Positions 26,781 through 40,846 of a stretch of 64,000 nucleotides of DNA are shown here, piece after piece (the first letter of the stretch is position 1; each line of letters starts with the position of its first letter). Origin of the DNA: Eledone cirrhosa (taxonomy: Eukaryota); the NCBI GenBank assembly GCA_964016885.1, contig OZ024741.1, forward strand, positions 81,902,001 to 81,966,000. Direction: 5' to 3'. The notes under the pieces are model-generated. The model did no database searches. It was not told the origin of the DNA and saw only the letters and a program-made list of their open reading frames with translations. The translations under genes were made by a program, and so were the position numbers.

Positions 26781-28321
26781 AGGGAGGGCTTGCCATCAAT
26801 CATCTCCTCTTCATGGACGATCTTAAGCTCTTCGGGAAGAGTGAGAAGGAGTTGGATGTGCTTGTTGACACTGTCCGTATTTTCAACAATGATATATGTA
26901 TGCAATTTGGTATTAGTAAGTGTGGAGTCATTGTGATGAAGAGGGGTAAATTGAGCAGAAGTAACGGAATCCAGGTACCAACAGGTGAGATGATAAAGGA
27001 AATTGACTCTGAAGAAGGATACAAGTATTTGGGTATTTGGAGGGTGATGACATCAAGAACAAAAAAATGAAGGAATTGTTAAGAACTGAATACATTCGGA
27101 GAGTAAGGAGCGTATTAAAGTCACATCTGAACAGTAGGAATGCCATAAGTGCAGTAAACTCCCGAGCTGTGTCTATTATTAGGTACAGTGCGGGAATTCT
27201 GAGATGGAATGTTGCTGAACAAAAAGAAATGGATAGGAAGACTAGGAAGCTATTGACTATCTACAACATGTTCCACAAGAGGAGTGATGTCGATAGACTC
27301 TACTTAAGGAGATCTGAAGGTGGAAGAGGTATTATCAGCATAGAGGACTGTGTTGAGATGGAGAAAACCAACCTACACAAATACGTGACTAATAGTAAAG
27401 AGCCAATGCTCAGAACTGTACTGAAGGAGGGGACAATAGACCAGGGGATGTCCAAGGAGGAAATAACATCAAGGAGAAAGAGCAGCCTTCAAGAAAAATC
27501 CCTTCATAGTACCTTCTTTGAGAAAAATGAATTTAGAGATCCACAGACATGGAACTGGTTGAAAAGAGGAGACCTTAAAAAGGCTACAGAAGGAATGTTA
27601 ATGCATGCGCAGGAGCAGGCCCTCAAAACGAAGTGGTTGAAACACCATATTTACAAGGAGGAGGCTAGCCCACTGTGCAGGATCTGTGGAGAGAGAGAGG
27701 AGACTGTGGCTCACATTGTATCCGAGTGTAAACACCTAGCCCAGACTCACTATAAGGGCTGGAGACATGATGTGATGGGCAGGGTGATCCACTGGCACCT
27801 ATGCAATGTAAACAATTTACCACATTCTGAGAAGTGGTATGAGCATAAGCCAGAGTCGGTGATAGAAAACGATGAGGTGAAGGTGCTGTGGGATTTTAGG
27901 ATACAGACGGACAAGAAACTGGAACACAATAGACGTGACCTGGTGGTTGTGGACAAAGAAAAAAGATCGTGCCTGATTGTGGATGTGGCCTGCCCATTCG
28001 ACACGAGAGTGCAAGAGAAGGAGAGGGAGAACATTAACCGATACCAGGACTTAAAGTGGGAGGTAAAAAGGATTTGGAACTGCCATGAAGTCAAAGTGAT
28101 CCCGATTGTCATAGGCGCACTGGGGACTATCTCAAAAAGTTTCCAGAGATGGTTAAAGAAAATTGGCCCCTTCACGCTTTTTGGAACGCTTCAAAAGGCT
28201 TGCTTGCTGGGAACAGAAAGAACCATCCGATACGTCCTGAATATCTGAGGCTGCAGGTAGTGGCTTGATATTCATTTCAACAAACTTTCCAGTTAACTAA
28301 CATCAATGACTGAGACTCAAG

Positions 28322-28322
<1 letters not shown>
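26781..28322 (+). mobile_element. R4/Dong-clade non-LTR retrotransposon, 5'-truncated (RT C-half, CCHC, RLE endonuclease)
   Basis: HLLFMDDLKLF, YKYLG, DRLYLRRSEGGRG, CRICGEREETVAHIVSEC, RHD, LWDFRIQTDK..HNRRDLVVVD, IVDVACP, IVIGALG; stop at 28248; short 3'UTR. (AAT)n on both sides; 1-nt frameshift near 27037. Confidence 0.9.
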
Positions 28323-28360
<38 letters not shown>

Positions 28361-31300
28361 GCCCCAGTGACCCTGACCACCAGGGAAAATGCCTTCTCCC
28401 AGGTTTCCACCTTCAATTTACAGGCATATACACAGAGTAGGTCCATTCACTCGGGCTATTTTCCTTTTCAAATAAAATTTGAAAAAATTAATCAGGGCAT
28501 CACCGAAGATGTAAGTGCTCGTCTTCAGCCCTTTTAGACGCGTCCACCATACTATCTCATTCGCCATGGCCACCAGACAGATACAACTTCCTGCCCTTCC
28601 CGGCTAAAGGAAGAGGGCGAGGCAATCCTCACGATGGACTCAGCTGATAGCTGGATCCGTTCTACACGCGACAGCATGTGTTCGACATAAAACCACAAGT
28701 CAGAAATGCTCGGACACTGGATGAGTGCATGTAGGACGGTTTCGTCGGCCTGCGCGCATCTCGGACATGCCCGGCTGACGGCAATTCCGTGCCTGCAGAG
28801 TTTATCCCGAATTGGCAAAGCTCCTCGTTAGTACTGCCAGGCCAGGGATTTCTGGAAATTGTCCATAGGCCCCGGCTCGAAAGTCCTTCCGAAGAGATTG
28901 GCTAGTTGATTTTTGTCGACGCCTAGAGTTTCCCCAAGTACGTCGTCGTCCTTCCCCTCCACCAATCCTCTATAAAACGCCGAGGTGGTGTTTCCACCGA
29001 TCACATTGCTCGACTGGTCGAGGGTCGTGAGCGCCTGAAGACATTTCAGTCTCCAAGCGCTCCCTCTCGGTCTTCACTTGACCCAGGACTGCAGCCCAGT
29101 TAAGGAGACGAGCTGGGGAAAGACGTGTCTAGCAAACGGCGACCACACCTGATCACCGTCGAGGAAGAGGTGGAGATGTCGTAGCCTGAGCGCGTATCTG
29201 TGCATCATCAGCCATGGCATGCCCTTCCCTCCACGTAGCGGGTGTTGACAGCAGATGGACCGCTTGACCATCGGAGTGCGTCCCTTCCACAAAAAGCGAA
29301 AGCGCAAACGCTCCAGTGCAGTCAGGCGAGGCTTAGGACAAGGCACGACGGTCAGGCGGTAGTAGATGACAGACGCGATGTACGCATTCGCCACCTCCGC
29401 TCGATATTTCAGGGATAGCTTCCTCGCTGCCCATTTCTGGGTGAGAGAAGGCACCCGGCTCGTCACCTCGTCACAGTTTTTGTCCGTCTGGAGGTCCGGA
29501 CCGAACCAGACCCCTAGCAATTTAACCGGTCAGTCCGTCGAGCGCCCGACGGCGCTGTTGGACGGCATGGACCTGCCTCTCCAGGTGCCAAGCTGCAGTC
29601 CCACCGACTTTTCCTGGTTGATCATTGCTCCCGTGACCGCTTCGTATTCTCTTAGGTTGGCGCCTATCTCCTCGATGTATTTGGCGTTCGACACCACTAC
29701 GGTGATATCGTCCGCATATGCTGACACGGATCTTCCGCATCCTAGTTCACGCGGGACCCCCCTCAACGTCTTCAGTTTGTGCGGTAATGGCTCGAGAGTC
29801 AATACGTACAAGAGGGACGAGAAGGAGACATCATTGGCGTACCGAGCGCATGATGTTAAACGGTTCCGAAAGGTGACCGTTCACTCTCACCGCAGAGCAG
29901 ATGTCGCTGTGCATGGCAGCGATCCAGCTTCTGAAGACGGGCCCAAAGCCAGCCGCCCTCAGGACTGCCGCTAGGTAACGATGGTCGATCCTATCGAAGG
30001 CTTTCGACTGATAAAAGTCCCACCCGTGCCAGGTTCCCTAGCTACCCTCTCTACGATATATCGCATGAGGTGGAGGTTGTCGTGGTTGGATCTGTTGGGA
30101 ATGGTGCATGTCTGCGCCTCTCCCACCAGATCACCAACGACAAGCGCCAACCTCTTTGCTAGCACCTTGGCCAACATCTTGACTCTTTGTTTAGCAGAGT
30201 TATGGGCCTCAATTTATCTATGTTATCCCCCTTGTTCGGATCCTTTCTCAGCAGCGCCACCGCTCCTCGGCTCACAGAGCTGGGAATTCTCTAGTTCTGT
30301 TGCCAGTTTCAGTAGACGTCCGCCAAGAGGCCTCCGAACAAGTCTGGCATCTGTACGTAAAGTTCATAGGGCAGAGCATCCAAACCAGGCGATTTACCCT
30401 TGTGTAGCCAGTCATTGCCTCCCATACTTCATCCGTCTGTTATCGGCTTTTCGCAACACTCCGCCTCAGTGGCCGAGAGCCGCGGCCGTCCGTCGAGGTC
30501 GACACTAAAGTCCATCCCTCGACCCGGCTCACCGTTGCCCCCGAACAGCTGAGCGATGTGTCGCTGAAAAGCTTCACACATTTGCCCGGGATCGAGTAGC
30601 ATGCGCCCGTCGTGGTCCACCACACACCGGATCGTGGCTTCATTGCCACGACGCGCCTCCGCCACTCGGGCCCATTGAACTGCTTTCGTCACCACGTGTC
30701 TGAGAGCACGCACCCTAGCTCTGACAACGCAGCCTTCATGCTTTGCATTAATGAATTGGTCAAGGGCCAATTTTGCAGCAAGTTCGTCGGTCGCGATGCC
30801 TTTGCCAAGCGCCTCGTCTAATTTTCTAACTAGTTCACCCTCTTCTCTATTTTTCTATATTGCTAAAGCCTTACTAAACCTAATGGACTCTATTCTAATC
30901 GCTCTTTTCAGAGTAAAGCACCACTTGTTGTTGACGATGGCCCCCGTCAACGCCCGCTTAACTAGTTCGCTAATCCGGTCTCTGTAGGCCTTGCGCGCTG
31001 GTAAGGAATTGTTTAGCTTCCAGTAGCCGGGTCCTCGTCTATGAAGCCTATCTAAGTCAAGCACACAGATCACGAATTTGTGGTCCGTGTAGCTGACTAT
31101 CTTGAATTGTGGACAGCCTATGCTAAGCCTATGTATTTCCCTACAAAATACTCTATCTATATATGATCTGGATGACACTATGCGGTTTGTCCAAGTCCAC
31201 ATTGGCACATTCGGGAAATCCAATCGATACCTGTCAGACAGTTCAAAACGCCTGAGCCGGTTGATGAGGCTCTTGCACCCTCCTCCCCTATCCGCTAATC

Positions 31301-33956
31301 CCACACACCCAGCGTGCATCTAAGATCCCGTTCCAGTCGCCCACTAACACTAAAGTGCGGGACGTTCCAAGAAAGGTCTCCAGACGCCGGAAGAAATCAG
31401 GCCGCCCTGCTCCTGTCGGCGCATAGACGGCAACTAGCCTGAAAGCTTGCCCATCTCCGCTGGTCACGTCCAGCACCACCAGCTTACCTTCTGGGTCTAA
31501 GAAGATGGCCCGTATGGCGAGATCCAAACCTCTCCGAAAAAGCACAGCAACTCCTCCCCCCGATCCAGGACGGCTGAGAGATGCGTACACATCGTAGCCG
31601 CCGAAGATCTGTGCGAAGGCCCGTGCTTCGGAGATTCTGGTCTCGCTGATGGCCACTACGTCTACGTTTAGTCACCTAATGTCGTTGGGCAGGTGGCCCT
31701 GCTTCCATGACGACACCAAGCCACGCGCATTTATGCTGCGTATTCTGAGTGAGGTCATGTTGAAATGGAGTGGAAAAGATGGGAAAGACCACTTACCTTA
31801 CTTCTCGTAGAGGAAGGATGGTTTCTCCATCCTTTTCACTGCTAGTGGCCTCCTCCGGGTGGATGTCCTTATAAATCCTCCTGGAGAGTGCTTGTCGGAA
31901 GTCTCCGACGTCTTTGGGGTATTTTTGTTTTAGTGTCGTGTACGTTTTCTTTGTGATGCGAGTGATTTGTATGTGTGGATGTGGTTTGAACTTTTGGGTT
32001 GTTGTGTAGTCTTTTTCTGTGATGCTGGTGTTGGGTTGGATTTAGTGTAATAATTGGTTGTTGTTCAAATTTAATGCTGTGTAGTGTGTATCGTTTTAGT
32101 TGTTTTGTTTTGTTTGCGTTTGTTCTGGGTTTGTTTCTGTTTCGCTTTTTGGTGACTTATGTGGTGTTTGTGATGGTGGTGTTGGGGTTAATGATGGTGA
32201 TAGTGTTGGTGTTTGTGCTGATGGGGTTGGTGATGCTGGTGTGGATGGTGTCATAGCTGTCCTAACTTTTTTGTTTGATAGTTTATTTGTTTCCCTCTGT
32301 ATTTTGTTTTTGGAGGGGGAAGGAAGGGGATTTTTTTCTTTTTTGGCTTCTTTTTCTTTTTTTCTTTTTCCCTGATACCGTTTCCCACTCCTAGTCGTCA
32401 TAATTTGTCTCCAGTTGCGATAGGTCGAGGAGTGGAAAATCCTCCACAGGTTTTGGTTGTGTCGTGGTGGATGGTGTAGGCGCTGGTGCCAGGTCTGGCG
32501 CGTTGGGTGGTGGTGGTTTTGGTTTTGCTACTGTTGTTGGGGTTGTTACTGTTACAGTTGCTTATGTTGTTGCTGCTACAGTTGTTGCTGCCATTTCTGC
32601 TGCTGGTGGTGTTGATAGTTGAGTCACTGGGGTGGATAAGAGAGGTGGCCTCAACCTTTTAGCCTGAGGGCAGAAAGCTCTTAGGTGGGTTCCTTCACCA
32701 AAAACGACACACCTAGGCCTTCTGCCCTCGACGATTACGGTGAGGTGGCTGACGTCAGTGAGGTCTATTACCTCTGGGATCTCCTCAATGCTTTTTTGGT
32801 CCGCTTGGATCAGGAGCTCCATCCCAGATCCGGACCAGTTCTCCTGCTTTTCTTTCGCTATTTTGATTATCTTGGTGTTGGCCTCGATGCCGGCGAGGCC
32901 GGCAGCCATTAGCCAGGGAATTTCAATGGCCGGTGGAACGTGGGTCATCCTGATCTTCACGAGTCTCTGGCCACAATAGCTTGGGACGAGTGTGAAGTCG
33001 TCACTTCTTAATGGGGCCATGGAGTGTTCTCTGGCGTCCTGTGGTGTTTCAAAGAACACGTCCACGGTTCCATATTTCTGCCCACGTCTGATGTGGGTTT
33101 TTTTTTATCACACATGTCCCAAAGCTTTTTGGATTTGGGACGCAGATGCTCGTTCCACTCGGCGCTATTTTATGTTAATCGTCCGATAAGACACGGTGCA
33201 TAGGCGCCGATGCTCCATTTTATTAGGTGTGTGTGTCTGGGGAGGGGGGGGCTGACCCTGTACCCATCTTTCTTTACCATTCTCTTGGCTTCATCTAATT
33301 CCTCATGAGTTACCTGGATTGCTTCGCACTTTTTTTGCTACTCTGGCCAAAGACAAGTTGGGTTTCTTATTCTCATTTTGCTTGTTGCTGTTGTTGTTAT
33401 TGTTATTTTTGTTATTATTATTTTTAGTTTCAGTTGTGGTGGTGGTGGCGTCAGTGTTGTTCGGTGTGGAAGAGTCCATTCTGGGTGAATCCATTTCGAT
33501 GTCACGAGATAATTTTTTTTTCTTTTGTTTCTGTTGACGCTGAGGTAGTGGTGGTGGGGGTGGCGGCTTCAACACCTGCAGTTATTGGTAATGGCGGGAA
33601 ATGAATGTCTGCATGAGAAAAATTTAAATTATTGCTACTGCTTATATTTTTAGTGTTGGCAAACGTAGTAATATTTACAATGGTGGTGTCAGTGTGAGGT
33701 GTTAGTTTGTGAGGAAGGTGTGACTGTGCGTCGTCCATGATTTTTTCAAAGAAATTTTTGTTTGATAATTATAAAAGTTTAAATTTTGGGCTCAAGGCCC
33801 CAATCCTTTTGAGTATCCTTTTCAGAAAACAATGCATGTGAACTTATATACAGTTAACAATAAAAACTTTCCATAAACGGAAATTTTAAACAACGGAAAA
33901 CAACAAACCTTTGCGGAGCGGAGCTCACGATAATACGATTTCCTACGTAGGTCGCC
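28361..33956 (-). mobile_element. Tx1/L1-clade LINE, copy 2 (disrupted; 3'UTR cut short)
   Basis: ORF1 from ATG 33738, ORF2 from about 31758 with the same APE/RT motifs as copy 1. Flanked by (AAT)n at 28323-28360 and 33957-33990. Confidence 0.93.
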
Positions 33957-33982
33957 AATAATAATAATAATAATAATAATGT

Positions 33983-34020
<38 letters not shown>

Positions 34021-34601
34021 TCGATGAATTGTTCAACACCATTTCTATCGAGAATGCCATGGCTTTCGATTAGTTTACTAAAAAAAAAAAAAAATCGAAA
34101 ACATAAAAAAAAGAAATAACTAAATGAATTATGAAATAGATATAAAAAACAAACTAATAATAAAATTGTGTTTGAACAAATTATTTGAAGAAATTAGTGT
34201 CAAAGTAAATGTTGGTTGGAGATAGAGCGGGTTAAAAAATATTATAAAAACACGAATGGTAATCTATTAATGTGTATCAGATATTGAAAAGAGCGGAGAA
34301 GAATTATTTATGAAATACTATTGAAAGGTTACTGACGAAGGTCTCAGAAAGCTCACGAAAGCAATAGAGTATTTGAAAAGGTTCACCACGGCTATGAATA
34401 GTAAAGAAACAACGTTATTGAGAAATTCACCAGACCATTAGAAGACAAGACAGAACAGATGAATCAGAAATAGAAAGGGTAATTTATAATAAAAGATCAT
34501 AGTAGCATTATTTATCAATGTCATAATTGTCAACAGAGTACAAAAGAATTTGTTGTGAGGACGAAAAACATTTGTAAGTTTATTATTATTTTTGTTGTTG
34601 T

Positions 34602-34602
34602 C

Positions 34603-34656
<54 letters not shown>

Positions 34657-34666
34657 GTCGTTGTTG

Positions 34667-34718
<52 letters not shown>
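34602..34718. repeat. (ATT)n/(GTT)n microsatellite
   Basis: Direct inspection. Confidence 0.95.
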
Positions 34719-34719
<1 letters not shown>

Positions 34720-35627
34720 TTTAGTTCATATGTATGCATAGATGAATTATCTATCAGTTTATGGTGGCCGAGCAACACTTCGTTTTCCAGGAAGTTGTTT
34801 CTTAAGTTGTTTCTTCCTTATTTGATATCTCGGTAAACTTCCTTGTTCATGACAACATATTTTCCGCAATGTCTGTTTCATTGTTGTTGATTATTCATGA
34901 TAAGAGGAGATCAAAGATGGGTTATACTATTAATAATATTTCATCAAATATAGTATAAAGTTAATGTTTTAAAAAAAATGAGATATTCTTTACAGAATAG
35001 CGTGAGTTGCCATTATTATATTCAAAAGTGTGTAACTAATATTTGAAATGATGGGGTGAAAAGTTTTGCTCTAAGTTACAATTCCCAGTCATATCAACCT
35101 CACTTTGATTAATAGTGTTAAGAAAACGAATTATAAAGAAAAAGAGAGCCTCTATGTGTTCATTCATGCAAGCTGCCCAAAATAGAAGTTGCATCTTCCA
35201 GTAACGCCACATCTTCCTCAATAAATACATAGATGGATATACAAAGAGTATAGACAAAAGAGGGATGGGGGAATATAGGGGGAGAGTGGGAGGAAAATTG
35301 AGAGCATGTGTCACAGTGTGAAGTCTCAACTACAAATCTGTGCAAGTGAAGTGGATATTATGCTATATTCTAACATTATGGAAGTGTTTGTTTTCTTCAC
35401 CAGTCAGATTTATAGACACGATCCACTATTAGCGGCATAGTCTTTATTTTCCAAATATTTAGAATAGCTTATATTAATGTAGGTATCTCCTTTGCCTATT
35501 CTTTTCCTTTTCTAGATTGAGTCTTTTTTCTAACTACAACGATAAACTCAACTAATTGAATATCTTCACCTTACAATATTAAACATGTATGAGTGATATT
35601 ATCTATATATAAACACGCACACCCACA

Positions 35628-35659
<32 letters not shown>

Positions 35660-35661
<2 letters not shown>

Positions 35662-35780
35662 GGGCACGTGGCCTAATAGTAAGGGTGTTGCGGGTTCGAT
35701 TCCTGAGATACGTGTTCTTGAGCAAAACACTTCATTTCACGTTGCTCCAGTATACTCAGCTGAAAATGAATACCATCAAT
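35660..35780 (+). mobile_element. SINE family B copy
   Basis: gtggcctaatagtaagg (A box), ggttcgattcc (B box), ttcttgagcaaaacacttcatttcacgttgctccag. Confidence 0.65.
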
Positions 35781-35849
35781 AGCTGCTCCTGTCTCCAGGA
35801 GTTAGTCTTGTACTCTCAGTCGATTTCTTAATTGCATTGTGATGTGCAA

Positions 35850-36430
35850 TAAAACGCGTAACCTAGAGCTCAACCAACGGGGTTTTAGCACAATGGATGA
35901 ACCAAGATGAAACTCCTAAATACTTCCAAATCCGTAGTTGCACCAACAGAAAGTTACGTTGAATGCTTAAGAGTCCGCAACCGGATTTATCTACTAAGCT
36001 TTCTGAATCCTGGTAAAACTATGCCAACAAAGAAATATTGTCACGAAATTCATGAAATGTATCAAAACGTGAATTTGCCAACAGAAAATACCCAAAAATG
36101 TTGCACGACAACGCTCAACCATATACTACACGATGAAAACAGCAGAAGTTGAACTTTGTCTCAACCAGAATTCTCAACGAAACTTTCACTAATAGGCTAA
36201 CACGTTTTCAAGCTTTTCAACAAATTCTTGCAAGTCTTCAACAACGAAACAGCGGTAAATCACGTTTTCCAAGAATTCATCACCTTCTGAAGTTGTGTCT
36301 TGTTGGTAAAGATGTGTATAATTTAATGGGTTTCATTTCGATAAATAATGGGATTTTTTCAGGAATGAAATATCTTGTTTTAAAAATAATGTTTTAAACG
36401 CTGCATTACCTACCGAGGAATCGCAATTTA
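35850..36430 (+). mobile_element. Mariner transposon relic (transposase C-half and degraded right end)
   Basis: QWM..DETPKYF..LHQQKV...SFLNPGKTMPTKKYCHEIHEMYQ...NRKYPKMLHDNAQPY parallels the Hsmar1-type SFLNPGETITSEKYAQQIDEMHQ...NRKGPILLHDNARPH. Confidence 0.8.
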
Positions 36431-36594
36431 TATGTATATGTATGTATTTGTGTATCTTTATTTGAAAGCACTTGGATGTATGCTTGTAGTTATCTGAAGG
36501 GATATGGGTATCTCTGTGTATATATGTGTGCACGTATGTGTACATGGCTATGGAAATAAGTACATGTAAATGTATGTACGAGCATCAGAGATAC

Positions 36595-36690
36595 ATTTAT
36601 TTATCGCAGATCAACACAAAACTCTAGTCACCCTCAAAATAAGATCCTCCATCTTCAATGCACTTATTGTAGCGATCCAGCTATGTAGTT
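36595..36690 (-). mobile_element. Mariner transposase extreme C-terminus fragment
   Basis: Minus strand LDRYNKCIEDGGSYFEGD*. Confidence 0.65.
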
Positions 36691-37405
36691 AAAATGACGG
36701 GAAAGGTATCGTCAAAGGCTTCTTAGCTTAATAGTTAAAGTGCCTAGCCGGTATCTGGACGATATGGGGATCAATTTCTCATAGCAACCGATGGCAACTT
36801 ATTTTCCCGATTTTTAAGGGTATTCACACTATACTATAAGCTATATTTATAGCATTTTTGCGCTTGAGCACTTTCTTTATGCTTATCTGTTAGACACGCA
36901 GTGACTAACAACAGAATGTTTTAAGTCTGCCTGTCTGACATGACATGTGATGTGACATGCATGCGTAGCTTATGAATAAAAAAATCAATGGGTATCGCTG
37001 GCCGTGGTGATCCCTCCCAAACATCTTTTGTAATGTATCGTCTTATTGGCTAACTTCATCGTCTTTCAACGAGAGTAATTGTTGCTCAAAAGCATCCACC
37101 ACTTTGTTTCCACGTTTATTTATCGTTTCGCTTTCGAATCTTCCTCCAATATTTCGTCGTTTATCATGAAAATATTTTTCTCGTTTTGGTAAGTTATATT
37201 GAAAGTATAATTTATATATGATTTTTTAAATTTATATTAACTATTAAAAGTCTGAAAATATTTTTATACATCTTACAATAATATTTATAAGATCATTTAT
37301 AAAATAACAATTATATAATCTAATTACATTACAACGATCATTTATTATTAATATATACCATGTTTAATTAGAGTTATTACAAGCGTTGCCTTAAAAAAAT
37401 ATTAA

Positions 37406-37850
37406 ACTAGACCTGAAAAATTCGCAAGCTCAAAAGAACGACAGAATGTAATAATAGACCTTCAAAAGCGTAGGACTAGAGTTGTTGCTCAAACATATTG
37501 TAATCATTATCTATCGTACACTCTGTTGCATCCTTTTATGAAAAAGAGACTCATAACGAACTCAAGACGACACGATAATTATTTAAGTGAATTTATAATA
37601 TAGAATTCGGTTTAAGTGCATTTCGTATTAATCATTACTAAACATCTAATATGAGATATTCAACATTAGCTTAAATAATTATCGTGTGCTTTTGAGTTCG
37701 TTATGAGTCTCTTTTTTATAAAAGGATGCCACAGAGTGTACGATAAATAATGATTACGATATTTTTTAGCAACAACTCTAGTCCCACACTTTTGAACGTG
37801 TATTATAACATTCTGCGGATCTTTTGAGCTTGCGCATTTTCAGGTCTAGT
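37406..37850. mobile_element. Fold-back/MITE-like element with about 180-bp inverted arms
   Basis: actagacctgaaaa...ataattatttaag (37406-37587) is the imperfect reverse complement of cttaaataattat...ttttcaggtctagt (37670-37850); about 80-bp spacer; abuts (TA)n. Confidence 0.8.
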
Positions 37851-37877
37851 ATATATATATATATATATATACATATA

Positions 37878-37914
<37 letters not shown>

Positions 37915-37917
<3 letters not shown>

Positions 37918-38150
37918 TCATCTTTCTTTATTTAAAGCAACAAAATGTCTGATCGAACGTTTTAAGTTTAGAAATACTATATACATTTCAATGGTCTGGT
38001 TACAGTAGACTCTGGCGACATCATCAGTTTCTGAGTCCATAATTAATTAATCAGTAAGAGAAATTATGCCAAACACAAGTAGACAATAGAGAATATATTT
38101 GATTTGGAGTAGGCGCACGAATTGGATGTTTGTTGGTGCGGCAGACCATA
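37915..38150 (-). mobile_element. Penelope-type pLTR fragment with hammerhead-like core (37970-38032)
   Basis: Minus strand agaaa-CTGATGA-...gtct actgtaacc agac catt-GAAA-tgtata-ta-gtatttct; bounded by (TA)n on both sides. Confidence 0.5.
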
Positions 38151-38191
38151 CTTATATATATATATATGTATATTTAAAAGAAAAGAAAATA

Positions 38192-38256
<65 letters not shown>

Positions 38257-38819
38257 GTTTAAAAGCAAATAAAATATGGCAAGTATTAGAAAAGAACATA
38301 AACTTCTCCAAATGGAAAATACTAGAAAAATCTAGACCGTTTGTGCTCAAGACCTTCAGATTATGCAATGACGAGAAATAGTGGATATTGAATAATCTAC
38401 ACAAAAATAACAAAACACATAAAGTACATACAGAGTTCTTTGCGGGTGTTCCCATGTTTCTAAATACCTTTTAAAGACCTGACAATATTAATATTGATTT
38501 ACATCTTTCTTGACCTATTGATTTTATCTAGACTCCTAATAATTATTAGCTAATTTTGCGTTAGCTCGCGTGTTTTCCGTTAAAATGTTGAACCCAGGTC
38601 ATCTGCCCTTTATTTGAGGCTGTTCTGTCTTTGTTCTGTATTTTCCTTTTTGAGTAAACATTTTCCGCTTCATTATATTCGGTACATGTTGTACAATTGG
38701 TCCTCAGAGATAACGAAATGTACGTATCTGGTATGATACGGTAGTAGTAACTGGCCTTCATAATTACACCCACCCCCACACACACACTCACACACACTCA
38801 AACACACTTACACACACAC

Positions 38820-38872
<53 letters not shown>

Positions 38873-39127
38873 TATATATATGTACATATGTTAGGTGTGT
38901 AACAAAAGTTAGATCAATCGCGCCGTTCGAAGCACACAATGCTGTTACCAGCTCAGTTTCATTTGGGCTGTATTCTAGATTTACGGCTATAGTGTGCAGA
39001 GTGTAAATTGATGTCAGCAAAGAATCGGGACCCATCACCTTAATTGTACCCTGAGCTGATCGATATCGAAATAAGTGTAACATGCAAATAAAGTTTGTAC
39101 ATATGCTGCAACACCGACTTCAACTCT

Positions 39128-39191
39128 TTTAAATCTCTCTTTTAAATCTCTCTTTTAAATCTCTCTTTTAAATCTCTCTCTGTCTCTCTCT

Positions 39192-39258
<67 letters not shown>

Positions 39259-39260
39259 TG
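39128..39260. repeat. 13-nt tandem repeat (ttttaaatctctc x4) running into (CT)n
   Basis: Direct inspection. Confidence 0.85.
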
Positions 39261-39483
39261 TATATATATATATATACACTGGTATGTTTAGTGTACTTAT
39301 GCAATCCATCTTGTTGCACTACACTTTGTTTTAAGTGGGGTGAGCCCTTCCTTTGTGTTTTAATTCTCCAGCTTTTCTGCCGTATAGTAAAAAAAAAACG
39401 TTTTTAACTGAAATAATAAGCGATCTGCAGATGTAGATATTTTGTGAGTGTAGCATATACACACATATATATATATATATATA

Positions 39484-39522
<39 letters not shown>

Positions 39523-39523
39523 T

Positions 39524-39603
<80 letters not shown>

Positions 39604-40846
39604 CATATATGTATGTGTCTGTGTATGTGTGTGTTTTGAATTTGTTCATCCTATTGTATAATATCTTAACAAGATGAGATGCTTTATAATGGAAATAATA
39701 ATATGAAAAAATGCATTTACGTAGGCTACATATCAATTCTCAAGTGCTATAGATAATACTATCACGTATTTTCATCGGTTCTCTAAAGTGCTAAATACAG
39801 GAATTATAGATATTTTTATTGATTTACAACGGCAGAAGATTGGTGGATTTTGTAGTGAAGTAGTTTACGTCCATAATGTATTTTGTTACAGTTTTTGATG
39901 TTCTCATTTCAACTCCTGCGAATGTTAAAATAGTAGCTGATTTACTTTTTGTTTGCCAAAGTTGGCGATGAGCTAATTACCAGTGAAACACTGAATTTCA
40001 AATAATCGACCATTGTATGTTGAAAAGAAAACAAGAAAAAAAAACAACAACAAAAAATAAATAAACAAAGGACAAAAAAATAAATTAGGTGACCTGGTAC
40101 TTAAACTACAAATTAATATTAAAATAAATCACCAGTCAAGGACAGGAAGGGATGAAAGAAGTGAATTAAAGTACTACTCTTATGTAGAATCATATATATA
40201 TTTAATTACTCTTTGGTGTGGCATAGTCATAAAGATATGGGTTCAATACTTGGACCGATTGGTGCTTTGTGTTCTTGGGGAAAATGATATATTTCATTGT
40301 GCTACTGTTGCTAGGGATTGTGGTCTACAGATATTAGCAGCAAAGGAAAGGCCAATGGAAACATTGTTTCCTTGGTCTAATCTGATCATTTTGTCTTTTC
40401 TTTTTCTTTTTCTTTTTCTTTTTCTTTTTATCCAATTCCTAAAGCTTCTACAATAAAAGCTTTTTGGTTTTATTTTTAATCTCTATGTTTGTGTTCTTTT
40501 ATTGAGGTAATAAAGTAATTAGTGTAATTAAATCACCCGATTTGCATATTTCCCAGAATATTGACGATGGTCGTGTTCGGATTCGGTAAGAGTTAAATAT
40601 TAATTGAGGAAATGAAGAACAATTAATGGAATAATTTTTGCCCGCCTGAGAAACATTATGCTTAAACCGATGAAAGGCTATGATTTGAATAAAATGATAC
40701 AGAAAAGAAGAAAACACGTTTCCCCAATAAGATCGAATACACATTTCTAAATTTAACACAACTCTTCAAATGTGGAGCATGATTATATCCAGTAGTATAT
40801 ATTAAATTATACAGCAGTTATTCGGCGTACAGAGATAGAGGGTGTT

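Noticed and set aside
34150-34500. Purine-rich coding-like stretch after Tx1 copy 2
   Set aside because: No recognisable motif; may be an old TE fragment.
38330-38375. Hammerhead-like CTGAAG...aaacggtc on the minus strand (also a weak one at 39050-39075)
   Set aside because: Core nucleotides are missing; not counted among the ribozyme candidates.
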